From: an uncultured Clostridia bacterium
GTDB taxonomy: Bacteria; Bacillota; Clostridia; TANB77; CAG-508
DNA: 57,504 bases
Direction: 5' to 3'
Assembly: GCA_947168035.1 (NCBI GenBank)
Contig: CAMVKF010000001.1
Span: forward strand, 1-57,504
Shown here one piece after another: positions 20,937 to 30,188 of this stretch. Every line of letters starts with the position of its first letter. Position 1 is the first letter of the stretch. Under the pieces are notes generated by a model. The model was not told the origin of the DNA, searched no databases, and saw only the letters and a list, made by a program, of their open reading frames with translations. A program made the translations under genes and the position numbers.

Positions 20937-21434
20937 CTAATTACTCTGTTGAAGTCTAACTTGCTCCAATCCAACTGCCAATTTTGAAATATTTGCAAGT
21001 AATCCACCAGCAAGCATAGATAGCAATTCTTGTCTTGATGGTAATTTTGCAAGTGTTATAATTTCTTCTGCAGTCATTACTTTACCTTCGATTATACCAC
21101 CTTTTATTTTGTAATAATCATTACTTTTTGTAAAATTATATATAACCTTTGTAGGCTCTAAATAATCTTCGTTTGTCATTATAACTGCTGTAGGTCCTTC
21201 TAATTGTTCTTCTAACCCTTCATAATTGCACTCAGATAATGCTCTTCTAGTTATATTATTTTTTATAACTTTATATTCAGAATTAATATTTCTTAAGCTA
21301 GTTCTTAAAGCAGTTACATCTTCAACATTAATTCCTCTATAATCTGTAAGAAGTATCAATTTTGCATTTTTCATTTGCTCTGCAAGTTTTGTTACATTCT
21401 CCTTTTTTTTCATTATTGATTTTTCACTTGCCAT
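20937..21434 (-). CDS. rplJ: 50S ribosomal protein L10
   Basis: LILLTDYRGINVEDVTALR and gene order with rplL. Confidence 0.95.
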   Translation of the reverse strand: MASEKSIMKKKENVTKLAEQMKNAKLILLTDYRGINVEDVTALRTSLRNINSEYKVIKNNITRRALSECNYEGLEEQLEGPTAVIMTNEDYLEPTKVIYNFTKSNDYYKIKGGIIEGKVMTAEEIITLAKLPSRQELLSMLAGGLLANISKLAVGLEQVRLQQSN

Positions 21435-21656
21435 TTTAAAATTTCACCTCCTAAATTTGTTTTTATATATTTTTTACTATACTCACAAAAATCGAAACTA
21501 AAAATTTTTACCTATTTTTAAAAATGGATTTCCATGAAGCATAATAAATAAAAACTTATTATTTGCCACTAACCAAGACATATAATAAGTTTTGTATTTT
21601 TATATACCTCGGTAGGGCTTATATATTGCCTACTGTCTTTGGCTATTATTTAATTT
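21435..21656 (-). promoter_or_regulatory. rplJ leader with attenuator-like hairpin (candidate L10 leader)
   Basis: 222-nt untranslated spacer upstream of rplJ. A 12-bp stem (21551-21562 with 21582-21593) is followed by a U-rich tract on the minus-strand RNA. Firmicutes commonly carry an L10(L12)4-sensing leader at this position. Confidence 0.4.
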
Positions 21657-22331
21657 TTATTGTTCTATCCAAATTCCAGGTCCCATTGATGTTGCAATAG
21701 AAATACTTTTTATGTATTGACCTTTTGCTGCTGCTGGTTTTGATTTAATTATTGCATCAATAATTGTTTGATAGTTTTCTTGTAGTTTGTTAGCTCCAAA
21801 AGAAACTTTTCCAAATCCTAAGTGAATAATGTTTGTTTTATCTAATCTATATTCAACTTTACCAGATTTAATATCTTCTATAGCTTTTGTAACATCCATT
21901 GTTACTGTTCCTGATTTTGGGTTTGGCATTAAACCTTTTGGTCCTAATACTTTACCTAATCTTCCTACAACACCCATCATATCTGGTGTAGCAACTACAA
22001 CATCATAATCAAACCAGTTTTCATTTTGAATTTTTGGTATTAATTCTTCTGCTCCAACATAATCTGCTCCTGCTTTTGTAGCCTCATCTGCTTTAGGTCC
22101 TTTTGCAAACACTAAAACTTTTAAACTTTTACCAGTACCATTTGGAAGTACTACTGTACCTCTAACTTGTTGGTCTGCATGTTTTGAATCAACACCTAAT
22201 CTAACATGTAATTCTACTGTTTCATCAAATTTTGTTTTTGGCATTTTTTCAATAATTTCTAATGCTTCATTAATTGAATATTTTTTTGTTTTGTCAACTA
22301 ATTTTGCACTTTCTTGGTATCTTTTACCCAT
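21657..22331 (-). CDS. rplA: 50S ribosomal protein L1
   Basis: Full-length L1-like sequence ([13 protein letters not shown]...VVATPDMM...[14 protein letters not shown]). Confidence 0.95.
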   Translation of the reverse strand: MGKRYQESAKLVDKTKKYSINEALEIIEKMPKTKFDETVELHVRLGVDSKHADQQVRGTVVLPNGTGKSLKVLVFAKGPKADEATKAGADYVGAEELIPKIQNENWFDYDVVVATPDMMGVVGRLGKVLGPKGLMPNPKSGTVTMDVTKAIEDIKSGKVEYRLDKTNIIHLGFGKVSFGANKLQENYQTIIDAIIKSKPAAAKGQYIKSISIATSMGPGIWIEQ

Positions 22332-22443
22332 TTTAAAAATCCTCCTTTTGGTAATTAACGAAGGTTTACCCTTCTCCCAATTATTTATATAATTAAATTA
22401 TTATATATTAATTTATATTTAGTACCTTCTTCTCGTTGGAAAA

Positions 22444-22548
22444 TAATTGTTATTTGAGGTGGTTTTAGTTTTTTCAAAAGGTAAAGGAGCGTACAATTAG
22501 TACGTGACTGCGTTTTGAAAAAATTAAAATCGGCTCAAATGGCAATTA
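22444..22548. repeat. 105-nt long imperfect inverted repeat in the rplK-rplA spacer
   Basis: Arms 22444-22479 and 22513-22548 pair at 36 positions: 30 Watson-Crick pairs, 5 pairs that are G.U only on plus-strand RNA, and 1 mismatch. The 33-nt loop contains a cgtac-aatta-gtacg mini-hairpin. The right arm includes the rplK stop codon. Confidence 0.7.
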
Positions 22549-22977
22549 GTTTTCAACAATGGTTACTCCCATTGAACGAGCTGTACCCTTAACCATACTC
22601 ATAGCAGTTTCTAATGATGCAGCATTTAAGTCTGGCATTTTTTGCATTGCAATTTCTTTTACTTGTTCCATAGTTAGTTTTCCAACTTTTTCTTTGTTTG
22701 GTTTTCCTGAACCTTTTTGTAATCCTAAAGCTTTTCTTATTAATACAGCAACTGGTGGAACTTTTGTTATAAATTCAAATGATTTATCTTTATAAACAGT
22801 TATTACTACTGGTATAATTAAACCTGCTTGACTTGCTGTTCTATCATTAAAATCTTTAACAAATTGCATAATATTTATTCCTGCAGAACCTAATGCTGGT
22901 CCTACTGGTGGAGCAGGTGATGCTTTTCCTGCTTCAATTTGTAATTTTATTTGTTTAACTACTTCTTTCTCTGCCAT
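22546..22977 (-). CDS. rplK: 50S ribosomal protein L11
   Basis: [20 protein letters not shown]... Confidence 0.95.
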   Translation of the reverse strand: MAEKEVVKQIKLQIEAGKASPAPPVGPALGSAGINIMQFVKDFNDRTASQAGLIIPVVITVYKDKSFEFITKVPPVAVLIRKALGLQKGSGKPNKEKVGKLTMEQVKEIAMQKMPDLNAASLETAMSMVKGTARSMGVTIVEN

Positions 22978-22996
22978 TTAAAATATCCTCCTAAAA

Positions 22997-23533
22997 TCAA
23001 TCTAATTTTTGAATTTGTGAAAATTCTACTTCTACTGGAGTTTCACGTCCAAACATAGATACTAAAACTACAGCTTTATTTTTATCTTTTTTTATTTCTT
23101 TAACAATTCCAGTATAATTATCAAGTGGACCTCCTATAATCTTTACATTATCATCAATACTATAGTCCACATTTATAGGAACACTGTCAAATCCCATTTT
23201 TCTTATTTCTTCATCAGAAAGCGGAATTGGGTCAGTTCCTGAACCAACAAATCCTGTAACACCTCTGGTATTTCTAACAATATACCAAGAGTTTTCTGTT
23301 ACAATCATTTTAATTAAGACATATCCTGGAAAAACTTTTTTTAAATTTGTTTTTTTCTGTCCATCTTTTATTTCTATTTGTTCTTCCATAGGAACTATTA
23401 TATCAAAAAAGAAATCCTCTAATTCCCTATTTTTTATAGTTTTTTCAAGGTCTGTTTTTACTTTATTTTCATAACCTGAATAGGTATGAACTACATACCA
23501 TCTAGGTACCATGTCATAATCTTTTTGAGACAT
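22997..23533 (-). CDS. nusG: transcription termination/antitermination factor NusG
   Basis: WYVVHTYSGYENKV...KVFPGYVLI...; KOW region at the C-terminus; conserved secE-nusG-rplK order. Confidence 0.95.
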   Translation of the reverse strand: MSQKDYDMVPRWYVVHTYSGYENKVKTDLEKTIKNRELEDFFFDIIVPMEEQIEIKDGQKKTNLKKVFPGYVLIKMIVTENSWYIVRNTRGVTGFVGSGTDPIPLSDEEIRKMGFDSVPINVDYSIDDNVKIIGGPLDNYTGIVKEIKKDKNKAVVLVSMFGRETPVEVEFSQIQKLD

Positions 23534-23571
23534 TTTTTAGCCTCCTATTTCTAATATGTTTTGCATTTATT

Positions 23572-23940
23572 TTATTCTTGTTCTTTATTTTCGCTATTTT
23601 CTTCGTTATTTTCTTCACTAGTTATTGTCTCTAAGTTTTCTGTTTCATTTGATTCTGTACTTTCTTCTTCATTTTCACTATCCTCAGAAGTTTCATTTTG
23701 TGTTTTTAACGAAGTTTGTATTTTTTCTTGTAGGTTAGTTATTCCATACTTATTTAAGTTGTCAAAACAAAAATCTAAAACAAATACAATAAGTGCAATA
23801 ATTAATACAAAGCTAATTACAGTAACAGTATTGTTAAAAAGTTCACGTGGTGTTGGCCATGTGACTTTTTTTAGCTCTAGCTTAATTTCTTTAAAAAAAT
23901 TTTTATTTTTATTATTTTCTTTTACTTCTTTTTTAGCCAT
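23572..23940 (-). CDS. secE: preprotein translocase subunit SecE with an acidic C-terminal extension
   Basis: KEIKLELKKVTWPTPRELFNNTVTVISFVLIIALIVF is a SecE core. About 55 extra E/N/S-rich residues follow. Confidence 0.8.
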   Translation of the reverse strand: MAKKEVKENNKNKNFFKEIKLELKKVTWPTPRELFNNTVTVISFVLIIALIVFVLDFCFDNLNKYGITNLQEKIQTSLKTQNETSEDSENEEESTESNETENLETITSEENNEENSENKEQE

Positions 23941-23965
23941 TTCATATCCTCCTAAAATAGCTTAA

Positions 23966-24130
23966 CTATTTTGTTTCTTTATGTGTTGTACGTTTTTTAC
24001 AGAATTTACAATATTTTACTAACTCTAATCTATCAGTATTGTTTCTCTTGTTCTTTGAAGTCATATAATTTCTGTTTTTGCATTCTGTACATTCTAGTAT
24101 TATATTTTCTCTTGGTCCTTTTGCTGCCAT
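23966..24130 (-). CDS. rpmG: 50S ribosomal protein L33
   Basis: [54 protein letters not shown]. The ATG at 24130 follows GGAGGTG; the track ORF is N-terminally over-extended. Confidence 0.9.
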   Translation of the reverse strand: MAAKGPRENIILECTECKNRNYMTSKNKRNNTDRLELVKYCKFCKKRTTHKETK

Positions 24131-24277
24131 AAAATAACACCTCCAAATTGTTTGACTTTTCATTATTTTAAGAAAAGTTACTGTTTTGTACTTTAAATTT
24201 AGTACTTGTGGAAACCCCACATTTTTTTAATAAAACGATGTGATCGTATGTGTCTAAGTTACATACGCTTGAATATT

Positions 24278-26704
24278 TTACCACCTAAAATACTTTTTGT
24301 CAATGGTTTTGCAAAAAATTTCAATAAAACCTTTTTTATTTACTATAATTGAAATCTCTCCATTTTGATCTGTTCTATATACTTTTATGCCATTGATTTG
24401 TAATCTTTCAATTATTTCCTTATTCGGATGCCCAAAATTATTATTTTTTCCAACACCTATTAATGCAATTTGGGGAGAAACTGCTTTTAAAAATTCCAAA
24501 GTTGTTGAAGTTTTAGAGCCATGATGTGCAACTTTTAAAACTTTCGACTTTAAAACCTCTACACTTCCTTTATATTGTTCTAAAATTTGCTTTTCTGCGA
24601 TTTCTTCTATATCTCCTGTAAACAAGCAAGAAAAATCTTTATATCGCATTTTACAAACAATAGAATTATTATTTAAAATATTTTCACTTATTAATTTTTC
24701 GGTATTTGGCCAAAGAATATCAATATATAAATCTTTTTCTATTTTTATAGTGTCACCTTTTCCTACAATTTGCACCTTTATGTTTTTTGCACTTACTATA
24801 TTTTTAAATTTTTCATAATTTTCACTCATCTCCCCTTGCTTTGAAATTACTACGGTTTCCACCTTTAATTCTTCCATAACTGTAAAAATTCCGCCAATAT
24901 GGTCTTGGTCATAATGAGAGATTATTATATAATCTAACTTTTTTATTTTTCTACTTAATAAATAGGGTATTACAGTTTTTCTTCCAACATCAAAACTTTC
25001 GCTTCCACCTCCATCTATTAGGATTTTTTTGTTATAAGGAGTTGTAATTAAAGTACACTCCCCTTGCCCAACATCTACAAAATATATTTTAAGCTTTTTA
25101 GGTACTATACTAATTAAAAGCTGTAAGATAACAACAATTAGAATAATACTTATAAATCTATTCTTATTTTGCAAAATTTTATATTTTATAAATTGAAATA
25201 TATTAAGTATTCTTTTGTGAAATAAATATAAATTTTTTTGTATTTTAATTTTTGTAAGTAGAAGTAAACTACAAACAAAAAAATAATAAAATACTATTTT
25301 TAACATACTAGGTGTAGTAATAAAAATCTGATTAAGTGGCATTTTAGCTCCTATGGCTGATAGATAAATTAAAATTTTTAAATTGATTTTAAGTAATATC
25401 AGAATTAATTTATTTTTAAAAATAAGAAAAAGAAAACTTAAAAATATAATTGGACCTATAATAAAACTTGTTAAAACACTTATAACTATACTAGTAATTG
25501 TTAAAGTATTAAAATTAACTCCTACAATTGGAATTATAAATATTGTTACAGAAATTGTAATTAAAATTACATCAAGCACTTTTTGTACAATTTCTGTTTT
25601 TAAAATTAAAATAAATTTTTGTAAATTCCTTCTATTCCTTCTAATTGCCCTATTTTCTATTTGTTCTATTTTTAATTTTATAAACTTACTTAAAATTGGA
25701 AAACTAAAAAATATTCCTATTGCACCCAAATATGATAGATTTAAACTTACATCTAATATTTTGAAAGGATTTTCTATTAGAATTAAAATAAGAGATATTG
25801 AAAGTGCTTCTATAAAATCATTTTGTTTATAAAAAAATCCACTCATTATAAAAATGATTCCTGTAATTCCTGCTCTTACAGCAGATGGAGTAAAATTAAC
25901 TAAACTTATATAAAATATTACTACAATACTGGCAATTGGTTTTGAGCTATGTTTACCAATTATTTTATTTAAAACAACTACTACAAACATAATAATGTAA
26001 GATACATGCATTCCAGAAATGGCAAGGATATGAGAGATATTGCTTTTTGAAAAATCTTCTATTTGTTCTTCTGAAATTTCTTCTTTATTTCCAAGCAATA
26101 TTCCTTTTAAAATTCCCTTTTCTTCTTCATTTAAATTTGATTTATACAGTTTTTCTTCAATTATATTTTTTGTTTTATTTACATATTTTAGTATTATATT
26201 TCCATTATTTTTAGAAATTACTTTTATATTATTTACTTTAATTGTTCCATATACTTTTTTAGTTTTTAAATAATTTTTATAATTAAAACCTTTATAATTT
26301 GTTTGTTTAGAGGGCTCAATATATGTCCCATCTACTATTATTTTGTCCCCATATTTTAGATTTTTTTTAACTCCTGTTAAATAAAAATTATTGTTATTTA
26401 TTTTTATTATATACTTATCTTCTATTTTATTTGTAATTAGTCCTTTTAAACTTATTTTTTCATTATCTAAATTTTTATATTTATTTTTAAATTGAAAATC
26501 TCGATATAATGTAATCGAATTTGAAATTATACTAAAAATAATTATTATCTTTAATACCTTTGGAGTAAATATTAATTTTATATATCTAGAATATCTTTTT
26601 AAAGAAAATAATTTAAATTTTTCATTCTGCTTTTTTCTCCTTAAACATATTAAAAAAATAGGCAAATAAAAAAGGACTATACTTATTTTAAAATATAGCC
26701 CCAT
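24278..26704 (-). CDS. comEC: DNA internalisation competence protein ComEC/Rec2
   Basis: Polytopic protein with a competence domain (ISHILAISGMHVSYI) and a C-terminal metallo-beta-lactamase fold (VDVGQGE...ISHYDQDHIGG...HHGS). The N-terminus is uncertain (see findings). Confidence 0.85.
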   Translation of the reverse strand: MGLYFKISIVLFYLPIFLICLRRKKQNEKFKLFSLKRYSRYIKLIFTPKVLKIIIIFSIISNSITLYRDFQFKNKYKNLDNEKISLKGLITNKIEDKYIIKINNNNFYLTGVKKNLKYGDKIIVDGTYIEPSKQTNYKGFNYKNYLKTKKVYGTIKVNNIKVISKNNGNIILKYVNKTKNIIEEKLYKSNLNEEEKGILKGILLGNKEEISEEQIEDFSKSNISHILAISGMHVSYIIMFVVVVLNKIIGKHSSKPIASIVVIFYISLVNFTPSAVRAGITGIIFIMSGFFYKQNDFIEALSISLILILIENPFKILDVSLNLSYLGAIGIFFSFPILSKFIKLKIEQIENRAIRRNRRNLQKFILILKTEIVQKVLDVILITISVTIFIIPIVGVNFNTLTITSIVISVLTSFIIGPIIFLSFLFLIFKNKLILILLKINLKILIYLSAIGAKMPLNQIFITTPSMLKIVFYYFFVCSLLLLTKIKIQKNLYLFHKRILNIFQFIKYKILQNKNRFISIILIVVILQLLISIVPKKLKIYFVDVGQGECTLITTPYNKKILIDGGGSESFDVGRKTVIPYLLSRKIKKLDYIIISHYDQDHIGGIFTVMEELKVETVVISKQGEMSENYEKFKNIVSAKNIKVQIVGKGDTIKIEKDLYIDILWPNTEKLISENILNNNSIVCKMRYKDFSCLFTGDIEEIAEKQILEQYKGSVEVLKSKVLKVAHHGSKTSTTLEFLKAVSPQIALIGVGKNNNFGHPNKEIIERLQINGIKVYRTDQNGEISIIVNKKGFIEIFCKTIDKKYFRW

Positions 26705-26845
26705 TATTATTCCTATTATATATCCGAAGACAAGCAGTTGTGAATTTTCTATTTTCTAACATTTGCTTCTCCCTTTTTATTGTAAATTTCATTTATTTCT
26801 AAAAGATTTAGAATGAGTTTGAAAAAGAATTAATTATTTTCCAAA

Positions 26846-28264
26846 CTATATAACTCTTCTTGCACCTAAGTACTTAGACTTATAATAACTTTCTGAAAGT
26901 GAAGATATTATTATTCCTTTAGAAGGATTTGCTGCATGTATGAAATTATTTCCACCAATATATATTCCAACATGACCTGAAAAACATACTATATCTCCTG
27001 CTTGTAAATTACCTTTATCTACTGCTGTTCCCACACTTTTTTGTGAACTTGATGCATGAGGAAGTGAAATTCCAAAATTTTTATATACACTCATTACAAA
27101 TCCTGAACAGTCACATCCATTAGTTAAGCTTGTTCCTCCATATACATATGGATTACCTAAAAATTGTTTTGCATATGCAACAACACTTGCACCAGAAGTA
27201 GATGAGCTACTTGTTGCTTGAGATGTTGTTTCTTTCTTTTCTTCTTGTTTTTGCGTTTCTTCTTGCTTTTTTTCCTCTTCTTTTTTGTTTTGTACTTGTG
27301 CTGTATTGTTTTCTGCTTGTTGTCTTGAGGTTTCCTCACTTCTTGTGGTTACTTTTGTTTTTGTATCTGATAAGTATTTGCTAGCAACATAACCAGTAGA
27401 AGATTGGTATTTTACTTTAGACCAAGTACTATCAACTGTTTCTAATACTATTACTTCTGAATTTAAAGTAAGTTGTTTAATAACTTTTGCATTATTTTCT
27501 GCTTGTTGTCTCATATTTAGAGTTTCTACAGATACATATTTTTTAACTGTTTTAACTTCTTCCTTTTTTTCTTCAGTTTTGTTTTCTTCTGAAGTTTTCT
27601 TATCCTCTTTTTGTTCTTGCTCTTGGCTATTTTCTTCTTTATTTGATTCTGTATTTGTATCTTTGCTATCTTCTTGTTGTTCTTCTGAATTATTTGCTGT
27701 ATTTATTTTTCCTAGCAATACCCAACCACTATTATTTTCTGTTTCAATATATGCCCATTTATTTATTACTTCTTTTACTTGTATTTCAGTGTTGCTATAT
27801 ACAGTTGCAATGACATTTGAAAATATTGTTGGTAAAATTTTTAAATCTAGGTTAGATGCTATTTTGCCTTTATAGCCTTTTTGAATAACATTTTTATTAT
27901 TATCTTCTGTTGTATTTTCTGTATTTGAATTTTCTGTGTTTTCTTGATTTGTTTCTGAACTTTGAGTGTTTTGCACCTCATTTGAAGTGTTTGTTTGATT
28001 TTCTTCTACTTTAATCATGTCTTTTCTAATATAGCCTGTTTTACCTTTATATGTTACTTTGTACCATTCACCTTCTTCTGAAAGAATTTCAAATTTGTCT
28101 CCAATTGAAATTAAGTCTAAAATTTGTGAAGTTGTTGAGGTTTCTTTTCTTAATCTTGTATTATCATTAAGTAATTTTCCTGAATAACCGTATACTCTTG
28201 TGTTTATTAAAATTAATCCTACGTATATTAAAATGACTAAAAGTGCTTTAATTTTTTTCTTCAT
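26846..28264 (-). CDS. secreted cell-wall hydrolase: 3 SH3b domains + C-terminal NlpC/P60 cysteine peptidase
   Basis: Signal peptide, three SH3b-like segments separated by E/K/Q/N-rich linkers, and C-terminal GCDCSGFV...GHVGIYIG...FIHA (Cys-His-His of NlpC/P60). Confidence 0.85.
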   Translation of the reverse strand: MKKKIKALLVILIYVGLILINTRVYGYSGKLLNDNTRLRKETSTTSQILDLISIGDKFEILSEEGEWYKVTYKGKTGYIRKDMIKVEENQTNTSNEVQNTQSSETNQENTENSNTENTTEDNNKNVIQKGYKGKIASNLDLKILPTIFSNVIATVYSNTEIQVKEVINKWAYIETENNSGWVLLGKINTANNSEEQQEDSKDTNTESNKEENSQEQEQKEDKKTSEENKTEEKKEEVKTVKKYVSVETLNMRQQAENNAKVIKQLTLNSEVIVLETVDSTWSKVKYQSSTGYVASKYLSDTKTKVTTRSEETSRQQAENNTAQVQNKKEEEKKQEETQKQEEKKETTSQATSSSSTSGASVVAYAKQFLGNPYVYGGTSLTNGCDCSGFVMSVYKNFGISLPHASSSQKSVGTAVDKGNLQAGDIVCFSGHVGIYIGGNNFIHAANPSKGIIISSLSESYYKSKYLGARRVI

Positions 28265-28303
28265 AAATAACTCCTATTTTTTATATAAATTTTCAATGAA
28301 CTT

Positions 28304-28332
28304 AGTATATACTTTTAGTAAAAAAATGTCAA
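28304..28332 (-). promoter_or_regulatory. sigma-A type promoter of the NlpC/P60 gene
   Basis: Reverse strand reads TTGACA (28332-28327), a 17-nt spacer, then TATACT (28309-28304), about 40 nt upstream of the ATG at 28264. Confidence 0.5.
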
Positions 28333-28340
28333 TGAAATTT

Positions 28341-28357
28341 TGTGAATTTTTTGTGAA
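28341..28357 (+). promoter_or_regulatory. direct hexamer repeat TGTGAA-N5-TGTGAA (WalR/OmpR-family-like box)
   Basis: TGTGAA at 28341-28346 and at 28352-28357 gives 11-bp phasing, 9 nt beyond the -35 element of the autolysin promoter. Confidence 0.35.
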
Positions 28358-28368
28358 TTACAAAATTA

Positions 28369-28636
28369 ATTGTTACTATTCACAGCTAAAATTGTCTAAA
28401 GTCCGCGCCAGAGATTAATATATAAATATTTTTAGAAAAATCGAATGTGATTGGAGCAATTGAGCAAGTTCTTAATGAATTTTATGGAAAGAGTTCAAGC
28501 TCGCCTTGGAAGGGTGCCATAAAAGGCATTTAGAAATTGCTCAGTTGCGAATTGAGCCGAGATTTTTCGAAAAATATTTATATATTAATCTCGTAGGCAG
28601 GACTATTAAAATTTAAATGCTGTGAATAGTAACAAT
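28369..28636. repeat. ~270-nt rod-like imperfect palindrome overlapping the miaB stop codon
   Basis: Nested paired segments: 18-mers 28369-28386 with 28619-28636 (perfect); 32-mers 28411-28442 with 28561-28592 (1 mismatch); 12-mers 28456-28467 with 28537-28548 (1 G.U on the plus strand); 19-mers 28469-28487 with 28517-28535 (3 mismatches). Internal loops lie between them and the apex is at 28488-28516. Confidence 0.75.
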
Positions 28637-30067
28637 CATTTCTCCATTAAAATACCACATATGGTCTTCGATTATTTTTACATCAATTATAGAATTTATT
28701 AAACTTTCATCTCCTTCAAATACAACAACTTTGTTGGTTTCAGTTCTTCCTGTAAGTAGTTTTGCATTTCCCTTACTTGGTCCTTCAACAAGTATTTTTT
28801 GAGTGGTACCTAAATAATTTTTGTTATTTTTTGCAATTATTTCTTCTACTAAAGTTTTTAATCTATCAAACCTTTTGTGTTTTATATCTTCTGGTATTTG
28901 GTCTGGCATTTTATCTCCAACAGTTCCTACTCTTCTTGAATATATAAACATAAAAACTTGTTCAAATTCTACTTTTCTTACAACATCTAGCGTATTCTCA
29001 AAATCTTCCTCTGTTTCGCCAGCAAAACCTACAATTATGTCTGTTGAAAATTTAATTTCTGGAATTTTACTTTTTATTTTTTCTATTAATTCTAAATATT
29101 GTTCTTTTGTATAATTTCTGTTCATTTTTTTAAGCATTTTTGTACTTCCAGATTGAAGTGGCAAGTGAATATATTTACATACTTTATCACTATTTTTTAT
29201 TGCTTCAATTACATCATCTGTAAAATCTTTTGGGTGTGGTGAAACAAACCTTATTCTTTCTATACCTTCTATTTTATTAATTTCTATTAAAAGTTTTGCA
29301 AATGAATATATTTTAGCAAAATCTCCATTTACATCTTGCATTTTTCCTTGTTTTATTTTGTTCATCTCTGAACATAAATAAGAATTTACATTTTGCCCTA
29401 GTAATATTACTTCTTTGTAACCACTGCTAGCTAATTTTTTTACTTCTTCTATAATATCTTTTGGCTTTCTGCTTCTTTCTCTGCCACGTACAAAAGGCAC
29501 TATGCAATATGTGCAAAAATTGTTGCAACCATACATAATTGTAACAGAACCTGTAACTTTACTTGTTCTTTTAATTGGTAAGTTTTCGTAAACATAGCCA
29601 TCTATATCTACTATATCTTTTACTTTTTCCCTTTTTTCTATTACTCTAAAAATATCCTCTGGAAGTTTATGCAAAGTATGTGTTCCAAAAATTATATCTA
29701 CATATTTAAAAGATTTTTTTAGTCTTTCTATAATATGCTCTTCTTGCATCATACATCCGCCAATTGCTATTATTAAATTATTTTTTTCTTTTAAATTTTT
29801 AAGTTCGCCTATTTTGCCAAATAGTCTTTCTTCTGCGTTTTCTCTTACACAACAAGTATTAAATATTGCTAAATTGGCTTCTTCAATTTTTTCTGTTTTG
29901 GTATAGCCCATTTGCTCTACCATACCACAAATTTTTTCTGAGTCATTTTCATTAAGCTGACAACCTAAAGTTAGTATTGTATATTTTAATTCTTTATTTT
30001 TGATAATATTTTTTACTTTTTCTATATATTCTTTTTGTAAGTTTACTGCTTCTGCTTCTTCGCTCAT
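28613..30067 (-). CDS. miaB: tRNA-i6A37 methylthiotransferase MiaB (radical SAM)
   Basis: UPF0004 N-domain (LGCQLNENDSE...FNTCCVRENAE), CNNFCTYCIVP radical-SAM cluster, C-terminal TRAM domain. Confidence 0.9.
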   Translation of the reverse strand: MSEEAEAVNLQKEYIEKVKNIIKNKELKYTILTLGCQLNENDSEKICGMVEQMGYTKTEKIEEANLAIFNTCCVRENAEERLFGKIGELKNLKEKNNLIIAIGGCMMQEEHIIERLKKSFKYVDIIFGTHTLHKLPEDIFRVIEKREKVKDIVDIDGYVYENLPIKRTSKVTGSVTIMYGCNNFCTYCIVPFVRGRERSRKPKDIIEEVKKLASSGYKEVILLGQNVNSYLCSEMNKIKQGKMQDVNGDFAKIYSFAKLLIEINKIEGIERIRFVSPHPKDFTDDVIEAIKNSDKVCKYIHLPLQSGSTKMLKKMNRNYTKEQYLELIEKIKSKIPEIKFSTDIIVGFAGETEEDFENTLDVVRKVEFEQVFMFIYSRRVGTVGDKMPDQIPEDIKHKRFDRLKTLVEEIIAKNNKNYLGTTQKILVEGPSKGNAKLLTGRTETNKVVVFEGDESLINSIIDVKIIEDHMWYFNGEMIVTIHSI

Positions 30068-30096
30068 TATAAAATCCTTTCTAATAAAAAATAAGA

Positions 30097-30188
30097 AATT
30101 AGAGGTGAGATGTGAGATGTTAGAGGTGAGAAACCTAAGGTATGATATTTGAATCTCACTTCTAACTTCTAACTTCTAACCTCTAATT
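30097..30188 (-). terminator. long-stem terminator after mscL, built from TTCTAAC / GTGAGAT-type short repeats
   Basis: Arms 30097-30131 and 30154-30188 (35 nt, ~5 mismatches) with a 22-nt loop. On the minus strand it is followed by uuucuuauuuuuuauu. The right arm contains ttctaac x3. Confidence 0.5.

Noticed and set aside
27157-27384. Small ORFs 27157..27339 (-) and 27202..27384 (+) inside the NlpC/P60 gene.
   Set aside because: They are alternative frames of the E/K/Q-rich linker region of the 472-aa hydrolase. Their K/R or L/F homopolymer-like products are frame artefacts.
28369-28636. A c-di-AMP (ydaO-type) riboswitch or T-box upstream of the NlpC/P60 gene, or a confident 6S RNA call.
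   Set aside because: I could not find the conserved G-rich ydaO cores (ACGGGG / GGUGAAUC-like) or a T-box sequence on either strand. The resemblance to 6S is only architectural, and no promoter or terminator defines a transcript. It is kept as an unexplained palindrome rather than a named RNA.
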